A DNA stretch of 29,487 nucleotides, from positions 1-29,487 of the forward strand of contig JAHQWW010000034.1 in assembly GCA_029856365.1 (NCBI GenBank), in the 5' to 3' direction. The position numbers and the translations under genes are program-made. Positions within the stretch are counted from its first letter, which is position 1, and the number at the start of each line of letters is the position of its first letter. The notes beneath the pieces are model-generated. The model saw only the letters and a list, made by a program, of their open reading frames with translations, made no database searches and had not been told where the DNA came from. Source of the DNA: Candidatus Hodarchaeota archaeon. Its GTDB lineage: Archaea > Asgardarchaeota > Heimdallarchaeia > Hodarchaeales > Hodarchaeaceae. Below are positions 29,113-29,487 of this stretch, piece after piece.

Positions 29113-29155
29113 CTGGCTTTATATATACGAATTCGTCTTCGAGTGATTCGCTCAT
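29072..29155 (-). pseudogene. 5' fragment (27 codons) of a probable MPN/JAB-domain gene
   Basis: GGAGGA RBS then MSESLEDEFVYIKPDAFITLILHSFRF*, matching the V.I.P.A...i..H first strand and helix of MPN domains. Starts 3 nt after the upstream MPN-like gene's stop. Confidence 0.6.
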
Positions 29156-29158
29156 TTT

Positions 29159-29487
29159 TCAATCCTCCGTATCTTTAATCAGAATTGATCTGCTCTTGAA
29201 AGAAGTTAAGATTTTCATTAAAATATCGATAACATCGTCCAATTCGAAGAAATCTGAATATTCCCATCTAACTGTTGTGAAATCGCTCATCATATTAATT
29301 TCTTTCAAATCACCTTCTAGGCGAAATATTGTAAAGCCATCATCAAATGCTAAATTGTCACAATTAAAAATTATCACAATGCTTGGTGGAAATCCTAAAC
29401 TCTGAAAATAGAGGTGATTCTTCTTGTCCAAAATTGTAGTTTTTATGCCAAGTTTTTTAGAGTTTCTAGCCCACCCTATTATATATT
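29159..29487 (-). CDS. MPN/JAB (Mov34)-like protein with degenerate JAMM motif, C-terminal part (5' end outside the window)
   Basis: The frame is open to the window edge: YIIGWARNSKKLGIKTTILDKKNHLYFQSLGFPPSIVIIFN...GFTIFRL. This aligns without gaps over the GWYHSHPGFGCWLSGVD motif of Rpn11, followed by strands matching AVAVVVDP and AFRL. Confidence 0.7.
   Translation of the reverse strand, partial: YIIGWARNSKKLGIKTTILDKKNHLYFQSLGFPPSIVIIFNCDNLAFDDGFTIFRLEGDLKEINMMSDFTTVRWEYSDFFELDDVIDILMKILTSFKSRSILIKDTED

Noticed and set aside
1187-29405. Remaining 60-120 aa ORFs in the track nested in or antisense to long genes (e.g. 1187-1468, 5664-5999, 15342-15668, 28136-28498, 29100-29405)
   Set aside because: Shadow ORFs of well-supported genes, with no independent motifs.
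1-29487. tRNA, rRNA, CRISPR arrays, transposases or integrases
   Set aside because: None seen by eye: no GC-rich structured RNA block, no periodic repeats and no mobile-element protein motifs.

Overview
An AT-rich, gene-dense archaeal window. GGAG/GGTGA Shine-Dalgarno sites, a tungsten AOR, IPSF-type C-terminal anchors and longin-like and MPN-like proteins point to an Asgard archaeon, probably Heimdallarchaeia/Hodarchaeales (inference). Left to right: a membrane-anchored TlpA-type thioredoxin cut by the left edge, then a four-gene + strand operon. That operon encodes an Ig-repeat surface glycoprotein, a LolD/MacB-type ATPase fused to a ~325 aa longin(+DENN-like) region, a double FtsX/MacB permease and a second ATPase. 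Next come a frameshifted RDD gene, an RHH regulator coupled to a 7-TM protein, a frameshifted GDCCVxC gene, a Ste24-like protease, a SAM methyltransferase, cysS and a surface arylsulfotransferase-like protein. A - strand amino-acid operon follows (unknown 430 aa protein, aminotransferase, homoserine dehydrogenase, AOR, then PatB/MalY), then a second type VII ABC system. At the right end are two tandem MPN-like genes. The first has a dead JAMM motif. The second breaks off after 27 codons at a junction with an N-terminally truncated permease. Best candidate for a new system: the longin/DENN-ABC ATPase operon, which shares a GTRYAC-N3-GTRYAC motif with the RHH promoter. All family calls come from motif recognition by eye, not from database searches.
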